DNA of 64,000 nt from an uncultured delta proteobacterium. Lineage in GTDB: Bacteria; Desulfobacterota; Desulfomonilia; UBA1062. The notes beneath the pieces are model-generated. The model was given only the letters and a program-made list of their open reading frames with translations. It was not told the DNA's origin and ran no database searches. Shown in pieces: positions 62,606 to 64,000 of this stretch (positions are counted from its first letter, which is position 1; the number at the start of each line of letters is the position of its first letter). The stretch covers positions 480,001 to 544,000 of the forward strand of contig CAWCTR010000007.1 in NCBI GenBank assembly GCA_963798485.1, read 5' to 3'. The position numbers were made by a program, and so were the translations under genes.

Positions 62606-64000
62606 ATGAGCAACACTTGTAAAGTATCCCGTAGTGTATCTGCGTGTACCGTAAAACCGCTGCTTCTCACATTCAGGATCATGGCATCCCTGCTCCTGCT
62701 GTATATCCTCATCATACCCTTCATGAATAGGGCTACAGCCTGTACCGTCAAGGCCTGTCCGCAGAACATCATGGAGAATGTTATTTTTGACAAGAACATG
62801 CCCCTGGGAAGCGAAGTCGTACTTGACAGCGCCTTGTTTGGGATAACAGGCAACCCACTTTATTATGAATGGTGCGGCCCGTTTACCTGGATAACCGGAC
62901 CCAACCCTCTCGTATTCATACCCGAAGGTACCTATGCAGTTACGTTAGTTACTAACAATGGAATACAACGATCGAGTCCGGCAACCCTTTATTTCAAAGT
63001 CGAGCCTGACTATTCTGTCTTCACGGCTGCATTCAAGGGGAAGGTAGTCCTAACCTGGTTCCCGGTAAAAGGGGTTCAGGATTATAAAATCTTTCGTGCA
63101 CTTGAGATCGACCCCTCTCATTATCAACAAATAGCCGAGCTGCACCCATCAGCGCTTATCTATACGGATAGTGGTCTCAAAGACGCCACATATTTATATG
63201 TGATCGGGGCATTGGTAAACGGGGCATGGACTTATTCCCATGTATCAGGCGCCCACCCATTCTCCACCTGTCCCAAACTGAATTATCCCCCGGTTATTTA
63301 TACCAACCCAGTCATCCCAGCCATCGTTGGCCTGCCCTATACCTATACTGTTCTGGCAGCGGACCCGCAGGGTGATGCGGTAACCTATTCCCTGGTCAAT
63401 CCTCCTGTTGGTATGACGATCAATGCCAAAACAGGACTTATCTGCTGGGTTCCTCAATCCAATGGTGATTATGAGGTCATTGTCAAGGCCTGTGATGGAA
63501 GGGGGGGAAGCACATATCAGACCTATATCATCGAAGCGAACGAGATGCCTGCGCTCAACAGGAATCCTGTAGCCAATGCAGGTGGCCCTTATACAGCTCA
63601 GGTGGGCCGGAATATACTGTTTAATGGTTCAGCCTCGTATGACCCTGATGGCGATCCGCTTCAATTCGCCTGGAGTTTTGGCGACGGTTTGGCAGGGAGC
63701 GGTGTCACTCCCAGCCACTCATACACCACTCCGGGGACATACCCAGTTACCCTCACGGTATCGGATGGCAAGGGGGGAACGGCATCGGCAAGCACCACAG
63801 CGACAGTGACACAGTGCATGAAACCCTCGGTGCAGTTTTCCATCGATCCTTCTGCGGCACATCCGGGCGACCCATGCACCCTGATCTGGTCCACAGGAAA
63901 TGCAACCTCCGTCAGCATCGACAAGGGAATCGGAACAGTCTCTGCTTCCGGTACGGTAACGGTTCACCCCCAGGCCACCACAACGTATACGATTACCGCT
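62606..64000 (+). CDS. Large secreted Ig-like/PKD-domain surface protein (continues past the window)
   Basis: GAGGAGG RBS; hydrophobic leader; AADPQGDAVTYSL..GMTINAKTG (Ig/cadherin-like); NPVANAGG..WSFGDG..HSYTTPGTY (PKD); frame is consistent to the window end. Confidence 0.85.
   Translation, partial: MSNTCKVSRSVSACTVKPLLLTFRIMASLLLLYILIIPFMNRATACTVKACPQNIMENVIFDKNMPLGSEVVLDSALFGITGNPLYYEWCGPFTWITGPNPLVFIPEGTYAVTLVTNNGIQRSSPATLYFKVEPDYSVFTAAFKGKVVLTWFPVKGVQDYKIFRALEIDPSHYQQIAELHPSALIYTDSGLKDATYLYVIGALVNGAWTYSHVSGAHPFSTCPKLNYPPVIYTNPVIPAIVGLPYTYTVLAADPQGDAVTYSLVNPPVGMTINAKTGLICWVPQSNGDYEVIVKACDGRGGSTYQTYIIEANEMPALNRNPVANAGGPYTAQVGRNILFNGSASYDPDGDPLQFAWSFGDGLAGSGVTPSHSYTTPGTYPVTLTVSDGKGGTASASTTATVTQCMKPSVQFSIDPSAAHPGDPCTLIWSTGNATSVSIDKGIGTVSASGTVTVHPQATTTYTITA

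Overview
A 64-kb chromosomal window of an anaerobic bacterium, by gene content probably Desulfobacterota/deltaproteobacterial. The left 21 kb is a sulfur and metal region. It holds a translationally coupled marR-hgcA-hgcB mercury-methylation operon, a divergent ThiI/MnmA-like thiolase-hydE-like-fdhD cluster, a low-GC MBOAT/SGNH-TPR islet, a decayed IS1182 and several gene relics. It also holds a Cys/Met cluster: metY' cysK' bioB / metB-like / cysK / rrf2-nadA-metY-cysK. Two unannotated regulatory layers are visible there. The first is a 33-aa leader peptide with an MCCCMCMC run plus terminator/antiterminator helices, a likely ribosome-dependent Cys/Met attenuator. The second is a shared ~27-bp box at five TTGACA promoters, a likely Rrf2 regulon. 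The rest contains a Cus-type efflux operon, a B12 radical SAM gene, a DedA-PAP2/OMP/Mla-Pqi operon, an R-M relic, housekeeping genes (argS, CIRCE-hrcA-grpE-dnaK, fba-rpoZ-dnaJ), a PAS hybrid kinase, a TolC-MacAB system and the start of a large Ig/PKD surface protein. Several small frameshifts in conserved genes suggest sequencing errors. All calls come from reading motifs by eye; no database searches were run.
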